This document shows positions 1 to 10,911 of a stretch of DNA of 64,000 nucleotides, piece by piece. Origin of the DNA: Alphaproteobacteria bacterium (GTDB lineage: Bacteria; Pseudomonadota; Alphaproteobacteria; MPNO01; UBA830); NCBI GenBank assembly GCA_965243135.1, contig OZ251539.1, forward strand, positions 3,584,001 through 3,648,000, in the 5' to 3' direction. The first letter of the stretch is position 1. Each line of letters opens with the position of its first letter. The position numbers and the translations under genes were made by a program. The notes beneath the pieces are model-generated. The model was not told the origin of the DNA. It made no database searches and saw only the letters and a program-made list of their open reading frames with translations.

Positions 1-2240
1 AACTCGATCATCGTCCCCACCAGATAGGGAACCTCGACGCCCCGCTCGCGGCATGCCTCCGCCGCGACGGCGTCGATCCGCTCCCGCAACAGGTCGAACT
101 CCCGCCGGTCCGAAACCAGCGGAACCATGATCTCCGGCGCGACCGGCGTCTCCGGCAAGACCTCCGCCGCCGCCTCGAAGATCGCCCGGACCTGCATCTC
201 CGTGATCTCCGGATAGGAGATCCCCAGGCGGCAGCCGCGAAGCCCGAGCATGGGATTGACCTCGGCGAGATCGTCGGCGCGCCGGCGCAGCGCCTCGATC
301 TCGATGCCGGCGGCCTCGGCGACCTCGCGCATCTCCTCGTCCGTGCGCGGCAGGAACTCGTGAAGCGGCGGGTCGAGCAGGCGAATCGTCACCGGCCGCC
401 CTTCCATGATGCGGAACAGCTCCGCGAAATCCCGCCGCTGCATCGGCAGCAGCTTCCCGAGCGCCGCACGCCGCCCGTCCCCGTCGGCGGCGAGAATCAT
501 CTCCCTGACCGCCACGAGGCCCTCGGCGTCGAAGAACATGTGCTCGGTGCGGCACAACCCGATGCCCTCCGCGCCGAACCCGACTGCCGTCCGCGCGTCT
601 TCCGGAGTCTCCGCGTTGGCGCGGACGCCCAGACGCCGGATCTCGTCGGCCCATCCCATGACCGTCGCGAAATCCCCCGACAGCTCCGGCTGCAGCGTCG
701 GCGCCTCTCCGATCATCACCTCGCCCGACGCTCCGTCGATGGTGATCTTTTCGCCGGCGAAAACGCTGTGCCCGTGCGCGGCGAGGCTTCGCGCCTGGTA
801 ATCGATCCGGAGGTCTCCCGCGCCGACCACGCAGGGACGCCCCATGCCGCGGGCGACGACCGCGGCATGGCTGGTCATCCCGCCGCGGCTGGTGAGAATG
901 CCTTGGGCCGCGTGCATGCCGTGTATGTCGTCCGGGCTGGTCTCGATCCGCACCAGGATGACCTTCTCGCCGTTCGCCGCGGCCGCTTCGGCCTCCCCGG
1001 CGGTGAACGCCGCCCTGCCGGACGCGGCGCCGGGCGACGCCGGCAGACCGCGGACCAGAACGCGGCGTTCCGCGTCCGGATCCAGAACCGGATGCAGAAG
1101 CTGGTCCAGGGACTCGGGCTCGAGACGCGACACCGCCTCGGCCTTCGAAACCAGACCCTCGGCCGCCATGTCGCAGGCGATCTTCAGCGCGGCCCGCGCC
1201 GTCCGCTTGCCCGAACGGGTCTGCAGCATCCACAGCCTGCCGCGCTGCACCGTGAATTCGATGTCCTGCATGTCCCGAAAATGCCGCTCCAGGCTGTCCC
1301 TGGCGGCGCGCAGCCGCTCGAACGCCTCCGGCATGACCTCTTCCAGCGAAGGCCCTTCGCCGCCCGCCGCGAGGGGCAGCGGCGTGCGGATTCCGGCGAC
1401 GACGTCCTCTCCCTGGGCGTTGAGCAGATACTCGCCGTAGAAGACGTTCTCGCCGGTGGAGGGATCGCGGGTGAACGCGACCCCCGTCGCGCAATCGTCG
1501 CCCATGTTTCCGAACGCCATCGCCTGCACGGTCACCGCCGTGCCCGGGCTGTCCGGGATTCCGTGCAGCGCGCGGTAGGTCTCGGCGCGCTCGTTGCGCC
1601 AGCTCCCGAATACGGCGTCGATGGCGCCCCAGAGCTGGTCGCGGGGATTCTGGGGAAAGGCCTGCCCGGTTTCCGCTTCGATCAGTTCCTTGAACCCCTC
1701 CGCGAGCTCCCTCCAGTCTTCTGCGCCGAGGTCGGAATCGTGCGCGGCGTCCGCCTTCCGGGCGTCGATCATCTCCTCGAAACGGCCGTGATCGACCCCG
1801 AGGACGACGCTGCCGTACATCTGAACGAAACGCCGGTAGCTGTCCCACGCGAAGCGCGAATCCCCGCTCTTCGCGGCCAACCCCGGAACCGTCTCGTCGT
1901 TCAGCCCCAGGTTCAGCACCGTGTCGAGCATGCCCGGCATCGATACCGGCGCGCCCGAACGGACCGAAACCAGAAGCGGGTCGTCCGCGGCGCCGAACGC
2001 GGCGCCCGTCGCCCGCTCGACGTGCGCGAGCGCCTCGTCGACCTGTCCGGCGAGATCGTCCGGATACCCTCCGCGGTTCCAGGCGGCGCAGACCTCGGTC
2101 GTGATCGTGAATCCGGGCGGCACCGGGAGGCCGAGCGACGACATCTCGGCGAGATTGGCGCCCTTGCCGCCGAGCAAGTCCTCCATCCCCGCCCGGCCCT
2201 CGGCGTTCCCGTCGCCGAACAGATAGACCCGCTTCGTCAT
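1..2240 (-). CDS. ppdK: pyruvate, phosphate dikinase (runs off left edge)
   Basis: Manual translation from ATG at 2240: MTKRVYLFGDGNAEGRAGMEDLLGGKGANLAEMSSLGLPVPPGFTITTEVC, later GGMTSHAAVVARG (phospho-His motif) and EVNPMLGLRGCRLGI. Not in the ORF track because it is open at the window edge. Confidence 0.97.
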   Translation of the reverse strand, partial: MTKRVYLFGDGNAEGRAGMEDLLGGKGANLAEMSSLGLPVPPGFTITTEVCAAWNRGGYPDDLAGQVDEALAHVERATGAAFGAADDPLLVSVRSGAPVSMPGMLDTVLNLGLNDETVPGLAAKSGDSRFAWDSYRRFVQMYGSVVLGVDHGRFEEMIDARKADAAHDSDLGAEDWRELAEGFKELIEAETGQAFPQNPRDQLWGAIDAVFGSWRNERAETYRALHGIPDSPGTAVTVQAMAFGNMGDDCATGVAFTRDPSTGENVFYGEYLLNAQGEDVVAGIRTPLPLAAGGEGPSLEEVMPEAFERLRAARDSLERHFRDMQDIEFTVQRGRLWMLQTRSGKRTARAALKIACDMAAEGLVSKAEAVSRLEPESLDQLLHPVLDPDAERRVLVRGLPASPGAASGRAAFTAGEAEAAAANGEKVILVRIETSPDDIHGMHAAQGILTSRGGMTSHAAVVARGMGRPCVVGAGDLRIDYQARSLAAHGHSVFAGEKITIDGASGEVMIGEAPTLQPELSGDFATVMGWADEIRRLGVRANAETPEDARTAVGFGAEGIGLCRTEHMFFDAEGLVAVREMILAADGDGRRAALGKLLPMQRRDFAELFRIMEGRPVTIRLLDPPLHEFLPRTDEEMREVAEAAGIEIEALRRRADDLAEVNPMLGLRGCRLGISYPEITEMQVRAIFEAAAEVLPETPVAPEIMVPLVSDRREFDLLRERIDAVAAEACRERGVEVPYLVGTMIE

Positions 2241-4312
2241 GACCCCTCGATCAGCGAGAAGTCGGCGATCCCGCCGAGCGTGGAACGGAACCTCGAAAGC
2301 AGGCGAAGGCGGTTGGCGCGAACGTCCGCGTCCTCCGCATTGACCGTCACGCGATCGAAGAACCGGTCGACGGGACCGCGAAGCGCGGCCATCGACTTCA
2401 TCGCCTCGACGTAGTTCTCCTCCGCGATCGCCGACTTCGCGGACGCGGAAGCGCCGTCGAGCGCGGCTTCGAGAAAACGCTCCTCCTCGAGCGACAGGCG
2501 GTCCCGATCGATGTCGCCGTGGTAAGAGGCGCCGTCCTTCTTCTCTTCCATCGTCACGATGCTGTTCGCCCTCCGGTACGCCGAGAGAAGGTCGCCGCCC
2601 TCGTCGGTGTCGAGGAAACCGGACAGCGCGTGAACGCGCGAAAGCAGGCGGACGAGATCGTCCTCCCCGTCCAGCGCGGCGGCGATGTGGTCGTGGCGAA
2701 CCCCCTGGTCCCTCAGGTGAACCTTCAGCCTGTCGGCGAAGAATTCCCGAAGCTCCGTCTGCGCGCTCCGGCTGTCGTCCCGCCCCCCGGAGATCGATTC
2801 GGGATAGCCGTCCAGCGCCGTTTGGAACGCCTCCTGCAGCGGCACGCGCAACCCGTTCTCCAGTATCAGGCGGATGACGCCGAGCGCGGCGCGGCGCAAC
2901 GCATAGGGATCGCGGGAACCGGTCGGCGTCTCGCCGATCGCGAAGAACCCCGCCAGCGTGTCGAGCTTGTCCGCGAGAGCCACGGCCGCCGAAACCGGCG
3001 CGTCCGGACAATTGTCCGACGGTCCGGCGGGAGAGTAATGATCGGCGATCGCGAGGGCGACGGCCGCGTTCTCCCCGTGAGCGAGCGCGTACTGCCGTCC
3101 CATCGCGCCCTGCAGTTCGGGAAACTCGCCGACCATTTCGGTGACGAGGTCCGCCTTGGCGAGCCGGCCCGCCCGCATGGCTTCGTCCGGTTTGCAGCCG
3201 GGCACGAAAGAGGCGAGCGCGCCCGACAGGGCCGACAGGCGCTCCGCTTTCTGCGCCATCGAACCGAGCTTCGCGTGAAACGCGCTGTCGGCGAGGCGGT
3301 CGAGGCGGCTCTCCAGCGGCGCCTTGCGGTCCTGGTCCCAGAAGAACGCGGCGTCGGAGAGCCGGGCCCGCAGCACGCGCTCGTTGCCGGCGACGATCGC
3401 CGCGCCGCCGTCCGAGGCTTCGGTATTGGCGATGACCACGAAACGCGGCGCCAGAGAGCCGCCCGGCTTCGACAGCGAGAAGTATTTCTGATGCGCGCGC
3501 ATCGACGTGACCAGCACCTCTTCCGGCAGCTTCATGAACGCGGAGTCGAACTTCCCGCACAGGGCGACGGGCCATTCGACGAGTCCCGCCACCTCTTCGA
3601 GAAGGCCGGGATCCTCGCGCAGGACGAGCCCCTCGGCCTTCGCCGCCTCGGCCGCCTTCCGGGAAATGATCGCCTTCCGCTCCTCCCGGTCGAGAACGAC
3701 GAAAGCCTCGCGAAGCTTCCTCTCGTAATCGGCGAAGCCGGATACCCTGAAGGGATCCGGCGCGAGAAACCGGTGTCCCCGCGTCTCGTTCCCGGCCGGC
3801 GCGCCGAGGTCGGCAAGGCGTATCCCTTCGCCGCCGAACGCGCACAACGCGCTTTCCAGCGGCCGCACCCACCGCATGTCGCCCGATCCCCAACGCATGG
3901 ATTTGGGCCACGCTATTTTCCGGATCGCGCCGGGCAGCAGTTCCGGCAGCACGGATGCCGTGTCTCGGCCTTCCGTCTCGACGACGGCGAACAGAAACCG
4001 GCCCTTTGCGGTCTCGCGCTCCTCGCATTGTTCCCGCGTCGCGCCCGCGGACCGAAGAAACCCGGCGACAGCCTTTTCCGGCGCGTCGACGCGGGGGCCG
4101 CGGCGCTCCTCCCGCAGGTCCGGTTGCCGCTCGGGAACGTCTTCGACCGCCAGCGCCAGCCGCCGGGGCGTGACGCATGCGCGCGCCGCGCCGTGCTCCA
4201 GTCCGGCCTCGCGCAATGCGGCCGTGACCGCTCGCTTCAGCTCTTCGGCCGCGCGCGCCTGCATGCGCGCCGGGATTTCTTCCGAAAGAAGCTCGACCAG
4301 GAGTTCCGGCAT
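2237..4312 (-). CDS. glyS: glycine--tRNA ligase beta subunit
   Basis: MPELLVELLSEEIPARMQ, TPRRLAL, WPKSMRWG, GNERVLRARLSDAAFFW, GSRDPYALRRAA; downstream of glyQ. Confidence 0.97.
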   Translation of the reverse strand: MPELLVELLSEEIPARMQARAAEELKRAVTAALREAGLEHGAARACVTPRRLALAVEDVPERQPDLREERRGPRVDAPEKAVAGFLRSAGATREQCEERETAKGRFLFAVVETEGRDTASVLPELLPGAIRKIAWPKSMRWGSGDMRWVRPLESALCAFGGEGIRLADLGAPAGNETRGHRFLAPDPFRVSGFADYERKLREAFVVLDREERKAIISRKAAEAAKAEGLVLREDPGLLEEVAGLVEWPVALCGKFDSAFMKLPEEVLVTSMRAHQKYFSLSKPGGSLAPRFVVIANTEASDGGAAIVAGNERVLRARLSDAAFFWDQDRKAPLESRLDRLADSAFHAKLGSMAQKAERLSALSGALASFVPGCKPDEAMRAGRLAKADLVTEMVGEFPELQGAMGRQYALAHGENAAVALAIADHYSPAGPSDNCPDAPVSAAVALADKLDTLAGFFAIGETPTGSRDPYALRRAALGVIRLILENGLRVPLQEAFQTALDGYPESISGGRDDSRSAQTELREFFADRLKVHLRDQGVRHDHIAAALDGEDDLVRLLSRVHALSGFLDTDEGGDLLSAYRRANSIVTMEEKKDGASYHGDIDRDRLSLEEERFLEAALDGASASAKSAIAEENYVEAMKSMAALRGPVDRFFDRVTVNAEDADVRANRLRLLSRFRSTLGGIADFSLIEGS

Positions 4313-4314
4313 TT

Positions 4315-5178
4315 CTAGGCCCCGCTAGCCAGCCAGGTCTCGCAGCAACCCTTGGCGAGGGCGCGCACCCGGCCGATATAGGACGCGCGTTCGGTCACGC
4401 TGATGGCGTTGCGGGCGTCGAGCAGGTTGAAGACGTGGCTCGCCTTGATGCACTGGTCGTAGGCCGGCAACGCCAGCTTTCTCTTCAGAAGCCTTCCGCA
4501 TTCCTTTTCGGCGAAGGAGAATTGCCGAAGCAGCGTCTCGACGTCCGCGATCTCGAAATTGTACTCCGAATGCTCCTTCTCGGCGCGTAGGAAGACGTCG
4601 CCATAGGTGACTCCCGCTCCGTTGAAGTCGAGGTCGTAGACGTTCTCGACGCCCTGGACGTACATCGCCAACCGCTCGAGACCGTAGGTCAACTCCACCG
4701 GCACCGGGTCGCACTCGATGCCGCCCACCTGCTGAAAATACGTGAACTGCGTGACCTCCATCCCGTCGCACCACACTTCCCACCCCAGGCCCGTCGCGCC
4801 GAGCGTCGGGCTTTCCCAATCGTCCTCGACGAATCGGATGTCGTGCCGGTCGGGATCGATTCCGAGCATGCGGAGGCTGCGGAGATAGAGCTCCTGGCTG
4901 TCCGCCGGCGACGGCTTGAGAATGACCTGATACTGGTAATAGTGCTGCAGGCGGTTCGGGTTGTCGCCGTAACGGCCGTCGGCCGGGCGCCGCGAGGGCT
5001 GCACGTAGGCGGCCCTCCAGCTGTCGGGGCCGAGCGCCCGCAACGTCGTGGCCGGATGGAAGGTGCCGGCGCCCATCTCGATGTCGTAGGGCTGGAGAAT
5101 CACGCAGCCCTGCGCCGCCCAGTAAGCGTGCAGCTTCAGGATCAGCGCCTGAAACGAGATGTCCTGCCCGTCCGTCAT
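4315..5178 (-). CDS. glyQ: glycine--tRNA ligase alpha subunit
   Basis: [57 protein letters not shown]; ATG at 5178 preferred. Confidence 0.97.
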   Translation of the reverse strand: MTDGQDISFQALILKLHAYWAAQGCVILQPYDIEMGAGTFHPATTLRALGPDSWRAAYVQPSRRPADGRYGDNPNRLQHYYQYQVILKPSPADSQELYLRSLRMLGIDPDRHDIRFVEDDWESPTLGATGLGWEVWCDGMEVTQFTYFQQVGGIECDPVPVELTYGLERLAMYVQGVENVYDLDFNGAGVTYGDVFLRAEKEHSEYNFEIADVETLLRQFSFAEKECGRLLKRKLALPAYDQCIKASHVFNLLDARNAISVTERASYIGRVRALAKGCCETWLASGA

Positions 5179-5237
5179 GTTGCAGCGCACAATACGACAG
5201 GGACCCCGGAAGGGTCAATGCGGCGGAAAACGCCGCG

Positions 5238-5450
5238 TCAGCCGGAATAGGGGCATCCGTCCCGGCCGCAGTCGTCCTGCTCCGCCGGAACGTAGGCGTC
5301 GCAGACCGAACAGGGGCGCATGTCCTTGATTCCGTCGCGCCGCCGGCGGCCGGCCTCCACCTGGCGCGCCTTGTTGCGGCGGGTGATCGCCGCGAAGCCG
5401 TACCAGACTCCGATCACGATCAGGGCGAGGACGAGCCATTTCAGAATCAT
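5238..5450 (-). CDS. small membrane protein with C-terminal Cys cluster
   Basis: N-terminal TM helix, then DMRPCSVCDAYVP...CGRDGCPY; in operon between the S49 peptidase and glyQ. Confidence 0.7.
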   Translation of the reverse strand: MILKWLVLALIVIGVWYGFAAITRRNKARQVEAGRRRRDGIKDMRPCSVCDAYVPAEQDDCGRDGCPYSG

Positions 5451-5460
5451 CTTCCGGTCC

Positions 5461-6309
5461 TCACGGTCGAAATCGCTGCCGCAGAGCCCATTCGTCCAGC
5501 GCCGCGACGAATTCGCCGGGATCGAAGGCCACGCCCCTGCGGAAGCGCGTCACAAAGCTCTGCCTGACGGCGAACCGCCGGAATCTGACCTTTTCGCCGA
5601 ACCGCCGGCGCATTTCCGACCGCAGTTCGCCGAGGCCGTCGATCAGGCCGAGTTCGGCCGCCCTCCTGCCGGTCCAGACGTCGGCCGTCAGAAGCGTCTC
5701 GTCGTCGACGAGCAGCCTGTCGCCCCGCCGTTCCCGGACATGCAGGCGGAAGTTCTCGAGGATTTCCGCATGAAGCTCCCCGAGACGCTCGACGTCCGCC
5801 TCCTTCTCGTCGCGGAACGGGTCGAGCATGCTCTTTCGTTCGCCGGTAACGTGAACCCGCCTCTCGACGCCGATCCGTTCGAGCAGGTTCGCGAATCCGA
5901 AACCGGCGAATATCACGCCGACGGAGCCGACGATCGAACTGGCGTCGGCGAAAATCTCCTCGCCGGCGCAAGCGATCCAGTATCCTCCCGAAACCGCGAG
6001 ATCCTCGCAGAACGCGACGACGGGAACTTCCTTTTCCTCGGCCAGGTCGCGAATGCGCCGGGCGATCAGGGCGCTTTGAACCGGAGATCCTCCGGGCGAG
6101 TTCACGACGACCGCGGCGGCCTTGAGATTCTTCGTCTCGAACAGCTTCCTGATCGGGGCCTCGTAAGCGGCGAGGGTGAGACCGGAGCGTCCGGGCCGAC
6201 CTCCCCCGATGACTCCCTCGAGCCGCAATACGCCGACGACCGGATGCGGACTCCGCCACGGCCCTTTCAGCAGGCTCGCGGCCCGCTTGCCCAAATCCTC
6301 CAGGTTCAT
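5461..6309 (-). CDS. S49 family peptidase (SppA/SohB-like)
   Basis: VNSPGGSPVQS, AVSGGYWIACAG, SIVGSVGVI. Confidence 0.92.
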   Translation of the reverse strand: MNLEDLGKRAASLLKGPWRSPHPVVGVLRLEGVIGGGRPGRSGLTLAAYEAPIRKLFETKNLKAAAVVVNSPGGSPVQSALIARRIRDLAEEKEVPVVAFCEDLAVSGGYWIACAGEEIFADASSIVGSVGVIFAGFGFANLLERIGVERRVHVTGERKSMLDPFRDEKEADVERLGELHAEILENFRLHVRERRGDRLLVDDETLLTADVWTGRRAAELGLIDGLGELRSEMRRRFGEKVRFRRFAVRQSFVTRFRRGVAFDPGEFVAALDEWALRQRFRP

Positions 6310-6316
6310 GCCGGAT

Positions 6317-7090
6317 TTATATCACGCCGCCGGGCGGAATGCAGGCGACGGCGAGAGCGCCGCCGCGAAGAACCGCGTCCGCTTCGGGCGTGAAGCCCCC
6401 GTCGTCTTCGTGAACGATCATCCCCGCCGCCACGACCGTCGGGGCGCGGCTTCCCTTGCGGGCGCGCACCACGACTCGTTTGGCGGCGCGCCCGCGTTTG
6501 GGCCAAAGAGGAAAGACGACGATGCCGCCCGCCCTCCGGCAAAGCAGGTGCAGAATCTCGTCCAGCCGGTCGGCGCGGTGAAGAAGCGTCAATGTCCCGC
6601 CGGGCTTCGCCATCCGCAGCATGAAGTCGATCCATTCCCCGAGGCCGAGGTTTCCTTCCACATGCGAGAAAGCCTTCGCGCCGTCGGGCGGAGGATCGCT
6701 GCGCGCGGCGTCGAGATGAGGGGGATTCGCCATCACGTGGTCGAAGCCGCCGGGGGCGACCCGCGGCGGCGGCCGACCCAGATCGCCGACCATCACGTCG
6801 ACCTGCGCCGCCAAACCGTTCAGCCGCGCATTGTCGTTGGCCAGCCTCGCCAGCGCGGGCTGCAATTCGATTCCCGCGACGCGGCAGCCCGGCACGCGCC
6901 GGGCGAGGCAGATGGCGGCGGTTCCGTGACCCGCCCCCGCCTCGAAAACCCATTGGTCAGGACGGGCGTCGACTGCCGCGGCGAGCATCACCGGGTCGAC
7001 GGCGGCGCGATACCCGGATGCCGGTTGACGCAGCCGGACGCTTCCGCCGAGGAACAGATCCTCCGTGCAGGCTGGGAGCGCGTCAGGCAA
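6317..7090 (-). CDS. SAM-dependent methyltransferase, tRNA1(Val) A37 N6 (TrmN6)-like
   Basis: LRQPASGYRAAVDPVMLAAAV, EAGAGHG, DHVMANPPH. Confidence 0.88.
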   Translation of the reverse strand: MPDALPACTEDLFLGGSVRLRQPASGYRAAVDPVMLAAAVDARPDQWVFEAGAGHGTAAICLARRVPGCRVAGIELQPALARLANDNARLNGLAAQVDVMVGDLGRPPPRVAPGGFDHVMANPPHLDAARSDPPPDGAKAFSHVEGNLGLGEWIDFMLRMAKPGGTLTLLHRADRLDEILHLLCRRAGGIVVFPLWPKRGRAAKRVVVRARKGSRAPTVVAAGMIVHEDDGGFTPEADAVLRGGALAVACIPPGGVI

Positions 7091-7289
7091 TCCCCGCCTC
7101 CTCCATCAGGGCCGCCGCGCGCTTGTGGTCCTCGTCCGCGACCATCAGGCGCCGGGGAATGGCGCCGGCGCTGCCCTCGAGCACGCTCATGTGTCCGTCG
7201 AGGACGAAAGTCTCGATTCGCTCGGCTCTGAGCAGCGCCTCGGTCCAGGACAAAAGCACCGCGTCGTTCGTTCTCAACAATTCCCTCAC
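7083..7289 (-). CDS. DUF2007-like small protein
   Basis: MRELLRTNDAVLLSW..ALL..E.IETFVLDGHMSVLEGSAGAIPRRLMV; usual position divergent from ispB. Confidence 0.85.
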   Translation of the reverse strand: MRELLRTNDAVLLSWTEALLRAERIETFVLDGHMSVLEGSAGAIPRRLMVADEDHKRAAALMEEAGIA

Positions 7290-7361
7290 GGCACCTTGAC
7301 CGGAAAATTCCCGCCCTTATGTTGTGCTTCCCTGCGGCGATCGTCAAGGATCGGGGAATAC

Positions 7362-8372
7362 GTGAACGCTGTCATCGAGCTGGAGCCGATCCGCCAACCC
7401 TCCCTGGACGCGCTGACGGAACTGACCGCGGACGACATCCGGCGCGTCAACCAGACCATCCTCCACCGCATGGAAAGCCCGGTGATCCTGATTCCCCAGG
7501 TCGCGGGCCACCTCATCGCGGCCGGCGGCAAGCGGCTGCGCCCGATGCTGACGCTCGCCGGCGCCCGGCTGTGCGGCTACGAAGGAGACGGGCACATCGC
7601 TCTGGCGGCCTGCGTGGAATTCATCCATACGGCGACCCTGTTGCACGACGACGTCGTCGACGAGAGCCATCTTCGCCGCGGATCGGCCACGGCCAATTCC
7701 GTCTGGGACAACAAATCGAGCGTTCTCGTCGGGGATTTCCTGTTCAGCCGCGCCTTCGAACTGATGGTCGAAGACGGCAATCTCGACGTATTGGGAATCC
7801 TGTCGCGAGCCTGCTCCGTGATGGCCGAAGGCGAGGTGCTCCAGCTGGCCACGGCGAACGATACCGAGACCTCGGAGACGGATTACCTGCAGGTCATCGA
7901 GTCGAAGACCGCCAGACTGTTTTCCGCCGCGGCGGAAGTCGGCGCGGTCGCAGCCGGGCGCCACGGGGAAGAACGGCGGTCGCTCGCGGAATTCGGGCGC
8001 AATCTCGGGATGGCGTTCCAGCTCGTCGACGACGTGCTCGACTACTCGGCGCGGCAGACGACGCTCGGCAAGTCGGTCGGGGACGATTTCCGGGAAGGCA
8101 AGATCACGTTGCCGATCGTCCTGGCCTTCCGGGACGGCGACGACGAGGAAAAGGCGTTCTGGCGCCGCACTCTGGAGGATCTCGAGCAGAAGAAGGGGGA
8201 TTTCCGGCGCGCGGTCGCCATGCTGGAGCGTGCGGGCGCGCTCGCGGCGACCGTCGCGCGCGCGCGAGACTACGCCGCGAAAGCGCGCGCGGCCCTCGAC
8301 GTGTTCCCTGATGGAGAGATTCGAGCGGCGCTGACCGAAGCGGTGGCGTTCGCGGTCGACCGGTCCTATTGA
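7362..8372 (+). CDS. ispB: polyprenyl (octa/decaprenyl) diphosphate synthase
   Basis: GGKRLRP, LLHDDVVD (FARM), FQLVDDVLD (SARM), GKSVGDDFREGKITLP; GTG start at 7362. Confidence 0.93.
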   Translation: MNAVIELEPIRQPSLDALTELTADDIRRVNQTILHRMESPVILIPQVAGHLIAAGGKRLRPMLTLAGARLCGYEGDGHIALAACVEFIHTATLLHDDVVDESHLRRGSATANSVWDNKSSVLVGDFLFSRAFELMVEDGNLDVLGILSRACSVMAEGEVLQLATANDTETSETDYLQVIESKTARLFSAAAEVGAVAAGRHGEERRSLAEFGRNLGMAFQLVDDVLDYSARQTTLGKSVGDDFREGKITLPIVLAFRDGDDEEKAFWRRTLEDLEQKKGDFRRAVAMLERAGALAATVARARDYAAKARAALDVFPDGEIRAALTEAVAFAVDRSY

Positions 8373-8851
8373 ACCCTACCCGGCCAGCCTCCGTTCCGGG
8401 CCTTTAGGCAGGCGGCGGTTCCCGGAAGCCGGCGTCGTCGACATGCAGCCGCAAAGCGGGCCATGGCGCGCCGAAGGCGAACGTCCCGCCGGCGCGGCGA
8501 TTCGCCGACACGCACCAATACAGCCTTCGCGGCAGAGATTGCCGGCTGCCTGCGCTTCGGCAGGATTTCCCAAAAAAATAGACCGCCGCCCCGCAACGGA
8601 ACGCCTGCTCGAAGAAAGGGGATTCTCGGAAGTGGAGTCGAAATCCGGGGAGGGCATAGCCGCAGCATCTGATTACAAAGGGTCGGAAAATATACAACAC
8701 GTTCGCGCCCTGTCTCCAAACCGAAAAATGGCGGATTTCTTTGTTCAGCGGCGCCAAACGTGGTACAGTGGCGCGTGTTTTGGGGGAACCAGGGTGTCCC
8801 ATGCAGCCATCGAACACTATGTCGCAACGTACGTCGAGAAAGTAGCGAGCC

Positions 8852-9061
8852 GTGAATAATCGCAAAGACGCTCTTGAAAATTCCGGAGGCGTTGCCATAC
8901 GATCGCCCGGCAACAACAAGGATGAAGCACCTGCCTCTACCCATGATTTGGATTGGAGCGCACGAATCGCACGCGCGAAAGAAGCCAGAATAGAAGGAAA
9001 AAAGGCGCGCGAAGGCAAACCTCTAACTTTCCGCATGACACGTAAATTGACAATCAAATGA
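8852..9061 (+). CDS. small basic hypothetical protein coupled to the downstream protease gene
   Basis: 69-aa ORF; its TGA overlaps the ATG (ATGA, 9058-9061) of the Clp-fold protease pseudogene. Confidence 0.55.
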   Translation: MNNRKDALENSGGVAIRSPGNNKDEAPASTHDLDWSARIARAKEARIEGKKAREGKPLTFRMTRKLTIK

Positions 9062-9897
9062 CCTAGGACAATAAAGTTACTTCGTCCAATCGAAGCCCGT
9101 TATACGAAGCTCTAAATGCATCGCGTTATGATCGTCAAGATATCATTCGAAGCTATCAGAACGACTATTCTTGCCGTTTAATTACGATGATCGACGTGAT
9201 TTTCCCTGATAGCGTCACACTGCTCGAAGAAACTTTGCATAACGCCGATCCTTCACAGGATCTCCATATTATGCTGTCGACTCCGGGCGGAGACAGAGAA
9301 ACGGCGATCCGGCTTATCCAGCAAGTGCAGTCACGTTGCAAAAAGCTTACGGTTATCGTACCCGACCAAGCCAAGAGCGCCGGGACCCTTTTCGCACTTG
9401 GTGCACATCACATGGGGCCGACAAGCGATCTTGGTCCGGTCGACCCGCAATTCCAGCTTGCTGATGGCTCGTTAGCTGCGGGAAGAGCGATAATCGCCGC
9501 CGTCGAAGATGCCGAACGACGAATTCAGGCCAACCCTTAAACCTATACTCTTCATGCCTCGCTTTTGGCCGACATCTCGGCGCTTATGGTGCAGCAAGCG
9601 AGAGACGCACTCACTCGAGCTTCCGATCAACTGAAAGAAGCCTTGGCATGCGTCCCGGAACGCACGGAGGACGATGTCGACAACCTTGCAGAACAGCTAC
9701 ATAGGCATTTAATAGACGATACCCCCAGTCACGCCGCTACAATTCCAGCCGCCCAAGCGGCCAAATTCGGGTTGCCCGTCAAACAGCTAAATTCCAACGA
9801 CCCTCAATGGAAAACAATTTGGCGTTTATGGACAAAATACAAGGCATTGGGCGAAAACCGGATATATGAAGGCGAAATAGCATCAGTCGTCATTTAA
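9058..9897 (+). pseudogene. SDH_sah / ClpP-class serine protease pseudogene (two in-frame stops)
   Basis: One frame from ATG 9058 with TAG at codon 3 and TAA at 9538-9540; motifs LSTPGGD, VPDQAKSAGTLFALGA, MGPTSDLGPVDPQ, SHAATI. Confidence 0.8.
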
Positions 9898-10440
9898 CTT
9901 AATGCCGCCTCGGAAGTCCTCGCGAATCGTTGTTTCTGGTATCAAGCGCATCGGATTACCGGCATCTCTTCAGGCCGTCGGCATCCTCGCGACTCGCTTT
10001 TCATGGCGGAACAGGCCGTTCGCGCTCCGGGCAGGGTGCCGGAGCCGGAATCAAGCGACGGAGATGCGAACGTCTGGATCTGTGCGCTCCAAGCCTCCGC
10101 GAGCGTTGCGAAGCAGTGAAGCCAACTCCAGACCTCCTGACATGGTGCCCAGAGCTTGAGGATTATACTTAGTTTTTTCTCAATGCGCCGTAAATTGGAA
10201 TTTACTATCCTTGGGTGCCTCGTCCGAACGACGGATGCCCTCGCCCACCGATTCCAGTCCGTGTCCCGGGCGCGTAATGCGCCGCGTAAACTCTGTGCAA
10301 CGACCACTCTCGAATGATGATAAACGCCATCGCAGCTTGACAATGGAAATTTTGCTTTTGAAAATAAATCCAGAGTTTGGCAATATGGGACCAACACATT
10401 ATGGAATGCGCCAACACCGGATACTCGGAGGAGCCGTAAG

Positions 10441-10870
10441 GTGAACTCACGCGGTATGACGGAAATCAGCTTCCGGCGTCCCGACCAAGCTAACCTTCGC
10501 CGCACGTTCAGCGCCGCGTATTACGCCGTATTTCATTGCCTGGCAGGCACCGCCGCGAACCTGCTCGTCGGCAGGAGCCGCAGCTATGCCTGGCGCCGGC
10601 GCGCCCTCGAACACGGAAAAGCGAAAAACGCCTGCGGACGCGAGAAAGCTATTGAGCGGTTCCAACCGGGGATCCAGTGCTTCGCCGAAACGTTCGTCAT
10701 CTTGCAGGACGCACGGCGCGGACTACGCACTTGAAGGGCGCTACTACAAACCGGACGTACTGACGGACATCGACCAAGCCGAAAACGCCATTGTTCAGTT
10801 CGAGCGGACCGACCTCCCAAATCGACGCGATTTCGCCGCCCATGTGCTGTTCAGGGTGCGACCGTCATAG
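10441..10870 (+). pseudogene. HEPN-like protein, frameshifted near 10713
   Basis: RRPDQANLRRTFSAAYYAVFHCLA...ALEHG...FVILQDAR/HGADY...FAAHVLF split over two frames; GGAGGAG RBS upstream. Confidence 0.7.
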
Positions 10871-10911
10871 GAGCTCTCGGCGTTTTCTATTCGGAAGAAG
10901 GAAAGTTGGAC

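Noticed and set aside
360-2414. 684-aa plus-strand ORF and many other long ORFs, e.g. 45661-51855 (2064 aa), 37785-39674, 58694-60886
   Set aside because: Antisense or off-frame shadows of real high-GC genes (ppdK, helicase/TAXI, AAA, coxA); Arg/Pro-rich with no motifs.
8373-8850. ncRNA or riboswitch after ispB
   Set aside because: No recognisable conserved motif by eye; would need an Rfam search.
9058-9540. Stop-codon readthrough or alternative genetic code
   Set aside because: The stops are of different types (TAG and TAA) and core genes use TAG, TAA and TGA as normal stops; pseudogenisation is simpler.
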